Assembly (NCBI GenBank): GCA_964016885.1
Contig: OZ024740.1
Coordinates: 360,716,001 to 360,780,000, forward strand
Direction: 5' to 3'
Length of the DNA: 64,000 bases
From: Eledone cirrhosa
Lineage: Eukaryota
The notes below the pieces were generated by a model that saw nothing but the letters and a program-made list of their open reading frames with translations, searched no databases and was not told the DNA's origin. A program made the translations under genes and the position numbers. Shown here in pieces: positions 27,560 to 40,393 of the stretch. Within the stretch, counting starts at the first letter, position 1, and every line of letters starts with the position of its first letter.

Positions 27560-28449
27560 CATGGAACTCTTTTAACCATCTTTTGATTTTATATTATATA
27601 TATATATATATATACATGATGGACGTCTCATGATGGACTTTTGTATGGTTGTATGGTTGTTTGAGCTTAGTGTAAGGGAGAGTGTTGACCTCAGGAGGTC
27701 ATTATAGAAGAGTTCTGGGATGTGGTACCAGTGTTGAAGTGCTGTGGAGTATTGTAGAAAAGTTAAAAGATGTATCTATTAGTTTAAGAGGTGGTATGCA
27801 TGTAGCAGCCTGGAGTGTAAGAAATGGAGCTTGCTGCAATAACAAACTGACCAAGGGCAAAACAACAAATAACAAACAACAACAACAAAAACAACCACAA
27901 TACAGATCTGTCCACAGGTCCTAAAATCCTGATAGAGTCATAGGGGCACCATCTTGGGCATTTAAACCTGGTGAAGCTCATCCCTCTCAAGGTCAGAACT
28001 CAACCAATATCTTCTGGAAAAAAATAAAGAGAGAGAAAGAAACAAGTCCCAGAGCAGTACTGGTACTTTATTTATTGATCTCAAAAGGATGTAAGGCAAA
28101 ATAGATATTGGTTGGATTAGAATTCAGAGTTCATAGAGCCTGAACAAATACCACTAAGCATTCTCCCCAATGTTCTAATGACTTTGCCAATACAAATTCA
28201 TCATCATCATCATCATTGTTTTTATATCTTTTCCTCTCTGGCATGAGTAGGATGGGACTTTTTGAATCAATGTTTTTACAGCTGGATGCCCCACCTGACA
28301 CCAACTGTTTTTGTTCTTATAACACACAGGGATACTGTGTATTTATTCTAAACCAGTTACACACAGCCATACATCAAACAGAATAAAAAAGTTTAAAAAC
28401 AAACAAAAGAATAGAGAAACAAAAAATATAAATGCAAAATTCAACTGAC

Positions 28450-28690
28450 CTGAGAAAATCTGGACAATGTAGCTGGCAATAGAATTATCAAATTTTAGCT
28501 TATTTTTGGCAAATAATACTAAATTTGCAGTAATGCTATAGTAGGTAAGTCTTTCACATAATTCCATTATCAAAATGCATATTACCGACAATAATATCAT
28601 CCGGTTAGATCGGGTGTCCTCTTTAACATTTTCACCATGACCCAAATTCTTCACAGCATCTATTGGTGTGATTTTCTGTTTCCTTTTCAT
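28450..28690 (-). CDS. SLC15/POT (PTR2) proton-coupled oligopeptide transporter, SLC15A4-like, coding exon 1
   Basis: MKRKQK...ILIMELCERLTYYSITANLVLF...YIVQIFS(G) contains the POT-family ExxER motif. It ends at donor AG|GTCAGT (phase 1). The start ATG is the first in-frame Met; an upstream exon cannot be excluded. Confidence 0.9.
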
Positions 28691-29767
28691 TTTGTCCCCA
28701 AATTTCAACACACACACCTACCCACAACAGCAGACCTCACAAATCAGATTTAAATAAAAACGTGAAATATAGTGGAGGAAAAGCTAAATTAAATTCAATT
28801 AAAATTCTTCAAATCTCACTATTTTTTTCTTTCTTTTTTTTCTGTTTTGCCTTTTAATATTTTTTTGTCTTTTGTATGATACTTGTTATTGTTAGTATAT
28901 TATTGGTGTTGTTATAGTTGTTTGTAGAATGGTGGATTGACAGAATTATTAGAATGTTGGACAAAATTCTTTGCTGCTTTTAGTTATGGCCTTTTATAAC
29001 TTGAGTTCAAATTCTGCTAAGGTTACCTTTGCCTCTCATCTTTCTGGGAGGGAGGGGGATTTTAATAAAAATAAGTACCTGTCAAGTACTGAGGCGGATA
29101 TAATCAATTTTCCTCTCCCCTCAAAATGCTACTTCTCTTGTTATTGTTAGTGTACTATTTATGCCGTTGTTCTTGTTATTATTATTATATTTGTTTGTTT
29201 TTGTTGTTTGTAACTGTTTTGCATCCTTTATATATAATGTTCTGCTGTCGTGTTTGTTAATATGTTCCTTGGGCTATTTTTCCGTTTTCCTATTTTCTCA
29301 TTTGCTTCATATGATTATCCCATGGAGTGTTGTAGTTCAGTTAGTTTTTGTTTGGTTTGTTGTTTTTGTTGTTGCTACTGTTGTTATAGTCCTTCTTGTT
29401 ACCACTTAAACTACTTTTCATAGGTACAAACGTTCTTCTTAGTGGTGGTGGTGTTGACGACCACGGAGATGGTTGTGGTAGCGGTTGTGGTGGTTATGAC
29501 AGTGGTGGTGGTGGTGCTAGGAGTAATAGATAGAGAGATAACATTAATGGAAAGAGAGTAAGAATAAAAGAGAGGGATTTGGAGGAAGGGTGTTTAAAAA
29601 GAGTTGGGGAGTGAAGATTGTTTAAATATGTTGTGTGATAGTCCAAATGAGATAGACAGTAACAGACAGATTGACAGATAGAATGAGAGAAAGAGAGAAA
29701 GAGAGAAAGAGAGAAAGAGACAGGTGGACAGGTAGATAGATAGGGAGAAGCAGATAGATATATATGC

Positions 29768-29816
<49 letters not shown>

Positions 29817-29928
29817 AACGTATGTTATTACTCTAAGAACCTACCTTGTCGAGTGCTTTCCTAACTCATTCATATAGTAGGTCGAATTTGCTTGCACACC
29901 GCCAAAGATTCGATTTTACTAAGCATCC

Positions 29929-30020
<92 letters not shown>

Positions 30021-30097
30021 GTGTATATATATATATAAATATATATATATAGGTAGATAATTGTGTGTGCATATAGGCAGATATATTTACTATTTTA

Positions 30098-31284
30098 CAG
30101 GGCTGCTCAGTTCTTTTAGGTTACATATTTTAATAGTTCTAACTTTATTTAAATTGTTCTTATTATCATTCTTTTTCCAATAAATGATGACAGACATCAA
30201 GTTAACTCAGCAACTGAAAAGGCGCACTGTAATCATTGTGTTAATGAGTTAATTAAAGATTGTTTGCTTCCTGAAAGTTGCATGATTGTTTGTTATCAAA
30301 GTTTGCAAAGAACTGAAAGCTGCTGACAGGGATCAGAACACCCAAATTTGTATGAAAGGCACAGAAAATTATCAATAAGAACCCCCAAAAGGTCTATTAG
30401 CGCCATTCCTAAGGAGTTCAAGGTTTCAAGGCAAACAACATGAGGAATTTCTAATACAAATCATATGTGATGCAGAGGGGCCAATTTATGTCTACAAAAA
30501 CAAAAGGTAACTGTCTGACACCCACAAAGAACTTGTTGAGTAAGTTGAAACATCAAGAACCCAGAATGCTTTTGTTTTTCTCTGACATGAGAAAAATGTT
30601 GATCAGGACCAAAAAGTCAACTGAAGGAATGACAGATGGTTATGCAGAAACCCTAAAGGCATTCCAATTGTCATGCACACAAAATTTTCATCAACTGTGA
30701 TGGCTCTGGGAGTCATGAGCAATGATGGAGGTGTCATGCTTTCTCACTTCTTTCTTCAAGGCTTAACGGTCAATGCTGCCGACTATAAGAAGGTGTTAGA
30801 GAGGGTTGTGGGGCCTTGGACAGAGAGCGTGAGCAAAGAAAGTCCACACACCTAACAAGATGTTACACTATTTCATAAAGCGAAGATGACCCAAGAATGA
30901 ATGAGTAACAATCTCCACAATCATGCCACCCCAAACATGACCTCCTAGCCCTCCAGACCTGAATACGTTGAGCTACAACATATGGGGTATAATGGAGACG
31001 GAAGTCAATCAATGCCTCTACAACAATAAAATCTCTGAAAACTGCCATAATTAATACAAAGTCCAAAATAGATAAAGATCATCAGAACTGAGCATGTCAA
31101 CAAACATTCCAGACATTGTATTAAGGCAATCAACGATGCTAATGGCAGATTTATTAAGTAGATTATTCAAGAAGAGTCTCAAGATTATTCATGCCAAATT
31201 TTTCTCAAATAAAGTTCTTCTTTTATGACTTATGCATCTTTTACTAAATTTATGTAAATGTCTTCAAAGAACCGAGCAACACTA
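30098..31284 (+). mobile_element. Degenerate maT-like Tc1/mariner element
   Basis: HTKFSSTVMALGVMSNDGGVMLSHFF and *PPSPPDLNTLSYNIWG remnants homologous to the 2856-3706 transposase; decayed TIRs CAGGGCTGCTCAGTTCTTT. Confidence 0.75.
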
Positions 31285-32545
31285 AATATATATCATCATC
31301 ATCATTTAACTTTCAAGGGTTATACCCATATATTCATGCTGGTTTTCCTTGCTAACTATTCACACACACACACACACACACATCATCATCATCATCGTTT
31401 AACGTCTATCTTCCACGCTAGCATGGGTTTAGACGGGAATTGCCCCACTTGAGGCAAGATTGGTCGTCTCGCTCGTATGGGACTGTCTGGCAGGTTTTCT
31501 ATGGCTGGATGCCCTTCCTAACACCAACCACGTTTACAGTGTGGATTGGGATGTTTTTACCGTGTTACCTACACGGCCACATTACAGCGTGGACTGTGTG
31601 TTTTTTTGTCGTGACACCTATACGACATCATTTATTTAGGACTGGATGTTGTGGTACCAACATAACTTTACGGAGGAAGGGGTCGTGTTGATGGGAGTGG
31701 GGGAGTTGGGATAGTGGGACTGGGGTGTATATTTGATTAAGAGGTGCCTACTGACTGTAGGTTTCACTTTGTACTTAGGCAAGGCGGGTTTTCTGTATTA
31801 CTGTGTAGCGCCAAATCTCGGTCCAGTGACATTGTCTCAGAGAGGTGTAAGTGTGTAAGGTCGTAATTTATCAAATCATCCCAGGTTTTTCTGGGTCTGC
31901 CTACTCCGTAACTTCCGTCAATTTTGATCACCCTGCACTTTTTTATACAGCTGTCGTCTTTCATGCGCATCACGTGAGCATACCAACGTAGTCTTCTCTT
32001 GAGTAAACAGCATCTGATCCCTCTTATACCTAATTTCTCAGTTCATTTATGCTTTGCTGTTCATGTATATTACTATTACACATCCAGCGGAGCATGCATG
32101 CTTCGTTCCTCTCCAGTCTGCGCAGATCCTCTGCACACAATGCCCATGTTTCATTGCCATGTAACATAGCTGTTCGTATGCAGGCATCATACAATATATA
32201 TATATATAGAGAGATACATATATTATATATTCACATAGTGATTAGAGCATCAGATTCACAATCTCAGTTTGTAAGTTCATTCCTGGACTGGGTGATATGT
32301 CGTGTTCTTGAGCAAAGCAATTTATTTCACATTGCTCCGGTTCAATTAGCTGTAGAAATGAGTTGCGACATCACTCATGCGAAGCAATATCAGCTTTGGA
32401 CAACATCGGTGACATAGAAAGGGGAGACTAGTATGCATGGACAACTACTGGTCTTCCACAAAAACACTTTGCCCGGAAACTTTCTAGGTGCAAATCCCAG
32501 GGTCATTTGTGACCGAAAGAGGTCTTTTACAAATACATATATATA

Positions 32546-33044
32546 TGTAGCGACGTGGTTAGTCAGTCTGGTCACTACTTCCGATCAGATCCGAGAATAG
32601 CCCTTAGAAGGACTGTTATCGCATACGGTCTGATCAGATCTGAAGATAGCCCTTAAAAGGACTGTTGTCGCATATAGCCCTTAAAAGAACTGTTGAGGAT
32701 GGACAGACGAAAGCACAAGTTGAAAGGACGAAGCAAGGCGAGATGTAAATTCGATCAGCTATTTATTTTCACATGAAGCGACAATACAAGGTACAAGGCG
32801 TGTGTGAGTGACAAAGCGTGGCAGAGGCGAGGGACAACGATACGCGAAGTTGACTCTGCCAAATATCGACTGGCGAAGTGTTTGGAACCACTCTATTTAT
32901 ACAGAAATAATCGTTTGATGTTTAGCTGCTGTGTAGGCGTTTATTCTGGTAGTTTCTAAGGGCTGTTTGTTTCACGGTGAGGTAGCTAGCTAACAGGTAG
33001 ATGGCGCTGTATATTTCACAGATGTTATTTCCGGTGGCTGTACA
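32546..33044 (-). mobile_element. Solo LTR in (TA)n
   Basis: TGTA...TACA termini within a TA tract. Minus-strand TATAAATAGAG (~32891-32901) followed by AATAAA (~32762-32767). Internal short tandem repeats. Confidence 0.65.
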
Positions 33045-33186
33045 TATATATATGGAATGCAGAAAAGTAACACGAGTTGATATATATGTCAGCCGACTGG
33101 ACACTGCCCACAACAGGAGAACCCATCTAACCCATGCTAGCATGGAAGAACGGACGTAAAACAGTGACGATGATGATGATGATGAT

Positions 33187-36100
33187 GAAACAAATAGTAA
33201 AAAGGAAAAAAAATTCAGTAGAAAATGCTAGAGATTTTTTCAGTATAATATCAAAACATTTATTTATAATGTGGATATTTCCGCATTTAATAATGGTACC
33301 AGTTTCAGCATTATATGCTTTTTCAACTGTGGATGTCCATAATGCAGTTAAGTTGCATATTTATACGAATAATAAAAAGTGGAAGAAAAATTATTAGGTT
33401 TTATATACATATTTAGAGAGGAGAGTTGATATCTCTGTCTGTGGTTGTCCTTTTAATTTTTGGTGTGTAGTAATTTTAATTTTTGGGGTTCTGACTGTTG
33501 GTTTTGCCTGGCAGTAGTTGGCGGAGAGGGGGTGGGGTGAGGGGGGATAAGAAGGAGGGAGGGGATAGGTGTAGTAGCAATCTGTTGTGGTGATAGACAC
33601 CTTCAAAAATGACTACAAAGCAGCCTGGACATGGGATTGGTTTGAATGGTTGAATGACCTTAGAGTTGACTGGAGAGGTAATCGGAGAGGTAATTTCTAA
33701 AAATATCTGTCATGGCATTCTTATCTGAAAAACTGTCATTCTTATAAATTGTTTTATCTTAGAAATAATCAACGTTGACTTTATAATTTTGCCAGAAAAA
33801 AGATTCAGAATTACTGAATTAACTTCAGCACAAACTCCTAGATTCAGGGAAATGGAGAAAAGGGAATTCATCGATTCTATTATGGGAAAGCAACCAACCA
33901 ACTATATTATAGGCCCTTAAAGGATGAAAAAGAAGGATGACATTGGTGGGATTCAAAGCTAAAATGTACCGGGCCATACATATTGTAAACCATTTAGTTT
34001 GACACCTTAATGCTTCTATTTATCCGATTATCATCGTGAAAGTCCTCAAGGACTAGCTGATTTGGGTGTTTCTAAGTGGTTGCTTGATCTGCATTATATA
34101 GTTGTCAAAAGTTGCTGGAATCTTGGAGAAGGATACATTGCCAAAGGGTTAATTTGTCTAGGGTGTTAATTTTAAAGTGTGCCAGCAGTAGTTTAGTCCG
34201 AAGTGGTTGCATTTAGAAGGGGTTCATATTTAGCAATAAAGTGTGATTTCTTGGATGTAGGAAGCATTGTCTTTAAATTTGTAGAGGGGGAAAATTCTGA
34301 AATTGGGTTGTTCATTAGATGTTCAGGTCGCAATGTGCTATCTTTCTGTATTCCCATATTTTAATTTGGGATCTAAGGATGGTCATATGTTGGCAAAGGC
34401 TGTTTTTAGCCTGTACTATGTAGTGCTCTCAACAACCTGAGCAAGTCAACACATAAATCAGGTTTTCTGATGCGCGTGTGAAATTGTATTTAACTGTAAA
34501 GTGTTGTCCTTGTTTGAAGTGGAACTCTGATCCCTCTATTAGGTTGATACATATACCACAGTTGGGTCTTCCTTTTTACTGTAGGGTTCATTGTGAAGGA
34601 CAGCTGGACTTTGGCCTGTGTAAGGATGCTTTTCATTGATTAGGGTTGTCTTTTGCTCTTTATAATGTGCGTTTGAAGGATTTGATTCATTCTTAAGTCT
34701 CTTTTTAGTAAAGGTATGTTCTGGAGGATGGTGTCGAATGCCTCATTGTTAAGTGGGTTGTGTGTGGAGATGTATGGTAGAGTTTTTAGTTTTGATTCAT
34801 TCTTTGGTTTAGGGTGTCTGAGTTCCTGGATGTTGAGTTTTAGGGCATGTTGAAATCCATTGTTGATTTGGGGTGGTGGGTGATTCCTGCTAATAAGTGT
34901 GTTCTTTAATTCTTCTAGTCGTACATAGCATGTGTATTTATCAGATACTATTGTGCAGATCCTTTTGGCTAGGTTGTAAGGAATGTTCATTTTGGTGTGT
35001 CTAGGGTGGTATGAGTTGAATGGAAGATACTGTTTGGAGTCTGTGGGCTTAAAGTATATGTCATTTTCTATTTTGTTGTTGGTTTTCTTGATAAGGATGT
35101 CGAGGAAAGGAAATTGTTCATGGCTGTATTCCATTGTAAATTGAATGTTTGTGCTGAGTCCATTTAGAAGTGTTTTAAATTCAATAAGTCTTTCTATACT
35201 TTCATACCAGGGGATGACACAATCATCCAGATATCTCTTCCAGTCTTTTTCTATGTGGAGGTAGAAGGAGTTTCCGTATTTATTTAATACTTTTCGGTAG
35301 AGGGTGATTTCCAAGTATCCCATAACAAGGTTGGTGTAAGAGGGGGCCGTTTCATGCCCATGGCAGTCCCGGATTTCTGTCTGTAGAATTTGGCATCGAA
35401 TTCGAAGTAGTTATTCTCCAAAATAAATTTGAGCTCTTCTTTTACAAATTCTTTTGTGATGTGGTGTGGTAGTTCATTGTAATTTTCTAACCAGAATTGG
35501 ATTGCCTCTATTCCTAGGTTGTGTGGTATATTGGAATAAAGGTTGATTACATCGAAAGACACTAGTAGGATATGTTCATTATTAAGTATTTGGGGGAGGT
35601 GGTTGAGCATATCAAGGTCGTCCCTTATGTAGCTTTTAATGTTTCAGGAATGGTTTTAACAGGATATCTAGGAAGTTGCTGAGGCAGTGGGTTTCACAAG
35701 CGGGACCTGCTATTATAGGTCTTAATTTCGTCATTGGGTGAGGGTACATTGATGAATATGTCTGTGGCTTCCTTGCATGCCTTACTTATTTTTTCGCTTT
35801 TGTGTATCTTAGGGCTACCGTAGAAAAGGCTGGGTTTGCTTTTGAAGTCAGTGATATAGTTGTACTCCTTGTCGGTAAGTCCTCTGTGAAGGGTTATCAG
35901 AGTTTTTAGGGTTCTCATTATTTTCTGTTGGCTGTAGTGTTGAGCCTTTTCGTAGTATGTTTCATAGAAACACCCAAATCAGCTAGCCCTTGAGGACTTT
36001 CACAAAGATAATCGGATAAATAGGAGCATTAAGGTGTCAAACTAAATACTTTATAATATGTACGGCCCGGTACGTTTTAGATTTGAATCCCACCAATGTT

Positions 36101-36268
36101 ATCCTTCATGGGCCTACAATATAGTTGGTTGGTTGCTTTCCCATAATAGAATTGATGAATTCCCTTTTCTCCATTTCCCTGAATCTGGGAGTTTGTGCTG
36201 AAGATAGAATACTGAAAAAATCCCTCCAGCATTTTCTACTGAATTTTTTTCCTTTTTACTATTTGTTT
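33187..36268 (-). mobile_element. 5'-truncated Penelope-like element with inverted pLTR copy
   Basis: RT fragments FYGSPKIHK, SFDVINLYSNIPH, YRQKSGTAMG, WKRYLDD, PFLDI, YFKPTDSKQYL..HPRH; GIY-YIG remnant near 34200-34560. Region 33187-34074 is repeated in inverted orientation, with an internal gap, at 35965-36268. Confidence 0.9.
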
Positions 36269-36319
36269 ATATATATATATATATACACAAATGTACCTAT
36301 ATGTATATATATACCACAC

Positions 36320-36352
<33 letters not shown>

Positions 36353-36356
<4 letters not shown>

Positions 36357-36440
36357 AATGAGTAGGACCCCGACGGCTGAGCTCAAGCCGTTTCGACGGC
36401 TAATTCTGGACTCAGCCGTCGGAATCCTACTCGTTCCTAT
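36353..36440. repeat. Short structured palindromic element (partial inverted copy 26027-26083)
   Basis: TAGGAATGAGTAGGA..CCGACGGCTGAG pairs with CTCAGCCGTCGG..TCCTACTCGTTCCTA around an inner AGCCGT-TTCG-ACGGCT hairpin. Confidence 0.7.
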
Positions 36441-36551
36441 TACCCACTCTACTACCCTAAGTATCGAATACTTTGGTGCATTATGGTCCATCTGGTTCCT
36501 TACCACATTTCCTTCGTTATATATATATATATATATTTATATATACACACA

Positions 36552-37890
36552 GGTGCCGTCTTCTTAGTGAGACAACTGCAAGAGAGGTTCTTAGAGAAGA
36601 ATAAGCCACTATACTTAGCTTTTGTTGATCTAGAGAAGGCCTTTAATAGGGTACCCCGATCTGTCAACTGGTGGTCCCTAAGGAAACTAGGTGTAGAGGA
36701 ATGGCTTGTGAGGACAGTGCAAGCTATGTACAGGGGTGCTGTCAGTAAAGTGAGAGTAGGAATGGAGTTTAGTGAGGAATTCCAGATACAAGTAGGAGTA
36801 CATCAGGGTTCAGTCCTTTGCCCGCTCTTGTTCATTATAGTCCTCCAAACAGAGGAGTTTAAGACTGGCTGCCCATAGGAACTTCTCTATGCTGATGATC
36901 TGGTACTTATAGCAGAATCAGTAGAGGAGCTAGAGAATAAATTCTGGCTATGGAAACAGCAGTTGGAATCAAGAGGACTGAGAGTGAACCTAGCTAAGAC
37001 AAAAGTGTTGATAAGTAGAAAAGAGGACAAAACTCTGATTCCACCAGGGAAATGACCATGTTCAATATGTAGAAAATGAGCTGGCATAAATTCTATAAAA
37101 TGTACACAATGCAAATCTTTTGTACACAAGAGATGTAGTGGGATAGCAGGCAAACTAACAGGTAGGGAAAACTGTGTATGCAGTAGATGTACAGGGAAAT
37201 TTGACAATAGAAGTTGCAGTGATAGACACATTTTTCAAATGCAGGTGGGTTCTATTGAAGTGGTTAATCGCTTCTGGTACCTAGATGATCAGATTAGCAT
37301 TGGAGGGGGTGGGGGTGTTCCGAGGCCATAGTATCTAGAATAAGGATGGGTTGGAAGAAGTTTAGGGAGCTGCTTCTTCTGTTGAAAAAGAAGGGTTTAT
37401 CCCAGGGTATGAAAGGCCAGTTATATGATGCCTGTGTGAGATGCGCGATGCTGCATGGTAGTGAGACATGGGCAGCAACTGCAGAGGATATGCGACGGCT
37501 GGAGAGAAATGAAGCAAGCATGCTCTGTTGAATGTGCAATGTCAATGTGCGTGAACGACCAAGCATAGATAAGTTGAGAGAGAAACTGTGTATAAGAGGG
37601 ATAAGTTGTAGTCTGTGGGAGAGAAGACTGCAATGGTATGGACATGTGATGCACATGGAGGATGACTCCTGGGTAAAGAAGTGCCAAGAAATCCCAGTAG
37701 AAGGAAGATGCAGTAGAGGAAGATCACGAAAAACATGGATGGAGGTGGTGAGAGCAGACCTCAGATCACTGAAGCTCACAGAGATGACGAAGGACCGTGA
37801 CAAGTGGAGAGATGCTGTGCTGAATAGGACCCGTCCCACCCTACCAAGCAGGGAAAAGCAGATGTAAAATGATGGTGATGATGATGAAAT
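36552..37890 (+). mobile_element. RTE-clade LINE 3' half
   Basis: AFVDLEKAFNRVPR, VGVHQGSVL, YADD, MLHGSETWA, RRLQWYGHV, RGRSRKTW; (GAT)n tail. Confidence 0.9.
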
Positions 37891-38116
37891 GTAATGAAAC
37901 AAAACATATCAAATATGTTAGAATTTTGTGTTTCTCAATAAGTAAGCTCAATAGACTTTATCCAGAGCCATAATAAATCAAATGAATTCTATATAGAGAG
38001 AGACAGAACCTTATATTGTAGAAGAAACACAGTATATTGTAATTATACTAAATACATATTCTTCATCTACAATATATGGTTCTTTCTCTCTATATATACA
38101 TATATCTTTTTCATTT

Positions 38117-38207
<91 letters not shown>

Positions 38208-38510
38208 ATATACAGAGAGAGAGTGAGAGATATGTATATATGAGAAAAGAAAGGAACAGGTGAGAGATGGAAAAGGAGGAAAGGTTTTGGTTACCCACTT
38301 ACTTAAGATTTATTTGCATATTTTGGTAGAGAAGAGAAAAGATAACACACCTTCCTATATTTTGTCTCTGAGACTTGAATGTCATGACTGGAATAAGTGA
38401 CAGAGTTGGAACATAAACAAATACCTAAATCTAAAAAACAAAATGTCTTCCTTGTCATAAAAGCATTGCAAAGATTGTATATATGTGTATTTTGTGTATA
38501 TACGCAAGTA

Positions 38511-38571
<61 letters not shown>

Positions 38572-38634
38572 GCGTGCATGTGTATGTGCACATGCAGGTG
38601 TATGTGTTGGGGGAATATATATCATTATTATACA

Positions 38635-39072
38635 GTTAGGGTTAGGGCTAGGATTAGGGTTGGGGTTGAGGTTGAGGTTAAGGTTAGGATAAGGGTTAGG
38701 ATTAGGGTTAGGGTTAGGGTTAGGGTTAGTGTCAGGGTTAGGGTTAGGATTTGGTCAGGGTTAGAATTAGGGTCAGAGTCAGGGCCAGGGTTAGGCTCAC
38801 AGTCAGGGTTAGGATTAGGTTTAGTATTAGTATTAGTGTTAGTTTTAGGTTTAGGGTTTAGTTTAGGTTTAGGTTTTGAGGTAGTGTTAGAATTATGGTA
38901 AATGTGAAGGTTATTGTTAGCTTTAGGTTTAGAATTAGGGATAGGTTTCGGATTAGGGTTAATTTTAGGGTTAGGATTAGGTTTAGGTTTATGGTTAGGG
39001 TTAGTATTTATGATTAGGTTGTGTTTAGAGTTAGTCTAATGGTTAGGTTCAGCATTAGGTTTTGTTTTAGGG
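38635..39072 (+). repeat. Degenerate interstitial (TTAGGG)n-like array
   Basis: Runs such as GGGTTAGGGTTAGGGTTAGGGTTAG with many 6-mer variants over ~440 bp. Confidence 0.85.
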
Positions 39073-39074
39073 TT

Positions 39075-40010
39075 CATACACAAGCATCACACAATCTATC
39101 TTTCAATTTGAGGGAAAAACCTAGCTGCAATAGTAGCTTCCTGAATTTTTTTCCATCCCACTCTCACTCTGGTTACTGTACTTTCAGAATACACACCTCC
39201 ATTGTTTAATTAGCCTTTTTTCAATTAACATAAGCTGTCAACTACTCCCATGGACGACCCCCCCCCCCCCTTCACCCTGAGCATTTGATAGAGCTTATAA
39301 CCTGTGAGCTCTTGCTGCTTATTGTTCCTGTGAATTGGCCATATATAAAACCAACATTCTTTGATAGTCTGCCTGAGATCTCACTATATCTCTTGTGTAC
39401 CCATTGTTTACATTCAGAATTTCTATCTACTCCTTTCCTGCATATTGAGCAAGGCTATTTCTCTGGAGGGATCAGAGTGCTGATTTCCTTTCTACTTACT
39501 CAGACTTTAGTCTTTTCCAAGTTATTTTTTTTATTCCAAGCTATGCTTCCAGTTCCAGAATTTCTTATCTAATCCTGCCATTGATTCAGCTTTGAGAGTT
39601 AGATCATTGGCATATACAAGTTGCCTCAAGAGTTAGTGTGCATCAGCGGTATTTTTACCTGACACAGATCCAAAATCTCATCTAGGTTAATTTGGTCCCA
39701 AATCTATAGTTTCCTCTGTCTAGTGCATCTCCTTTGCTCTAGTAGCATTTGACAATGATTCTGCTGTGCCAGTCATTGGGTATGAGACCATTTTGTATTA
39801 TTTAGTTTATGATACGGTTGGTTAAAGTGTGTCCTACCATCAGAGATGCTTTCAGCATCTCAGCAACTGTCCCCAATGGTCCAGCTGCTTTGCCTGTCTT
39901 CATATCTTTAATTGATTTACTATGCTGCTCCTGACTTGTTGGGTCCACTCGGGGCAAACTATTCCTCCTATGCATTCTCCTCATTCAGTAGTCTCTCATA
40001 ATAGCACTTC
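39075..40010 (-). mobile_element. RTE fragments (further fragments ~10200-10615, ~20545-20860, ~25230-25975, ~55750-56280; APE part ~44470-45290 +)
   Basis: MKTGKAAGPLG..AEMLK; APE remnant GVGILV..NNRIIKLRL..APQSG..DFNG. Confidence 0.7.
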
Positions 40011-40393
40011 CAATGTATCTGTGGTTGACAGTAAGAAGTAAGGTATAGTATATTCATATAGAATTTAATATTGATGGTAAGAGGGAAGACACAGTATAGC
40101 GGTAGACAATCTAGGGTTCATAGTAAGAAGAAACACTCTATATTGACATGGATTGGACAGGGATTTTTGAGGCAATATTTTACTACCAGATGCCCTACCT
40201 GACACCAACCCTTTTAGTTACTTCTTACAATGCATAAAGATACAGTATACCTATTCTAAACTGGATACATACGTTATATTGATATTAAATCTAGCATTGA
40301 CAGTAAGAGGGAAGACACAGTATAGTGATAGTCGATCTATGGTTGACAGTAAGAGGGATCATAGTACACTGATATAAAATCAATGGTTGATAG

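Noticed and set aside
38116-38901. ORFs rich in HT, CV, YI or RV repeats (also 9126-10073, 20021-21376, 29846-30072, 49638-50776)
   Set aside because: Translations of (CA)n, (TA)n and TTAGGG-like repeats.
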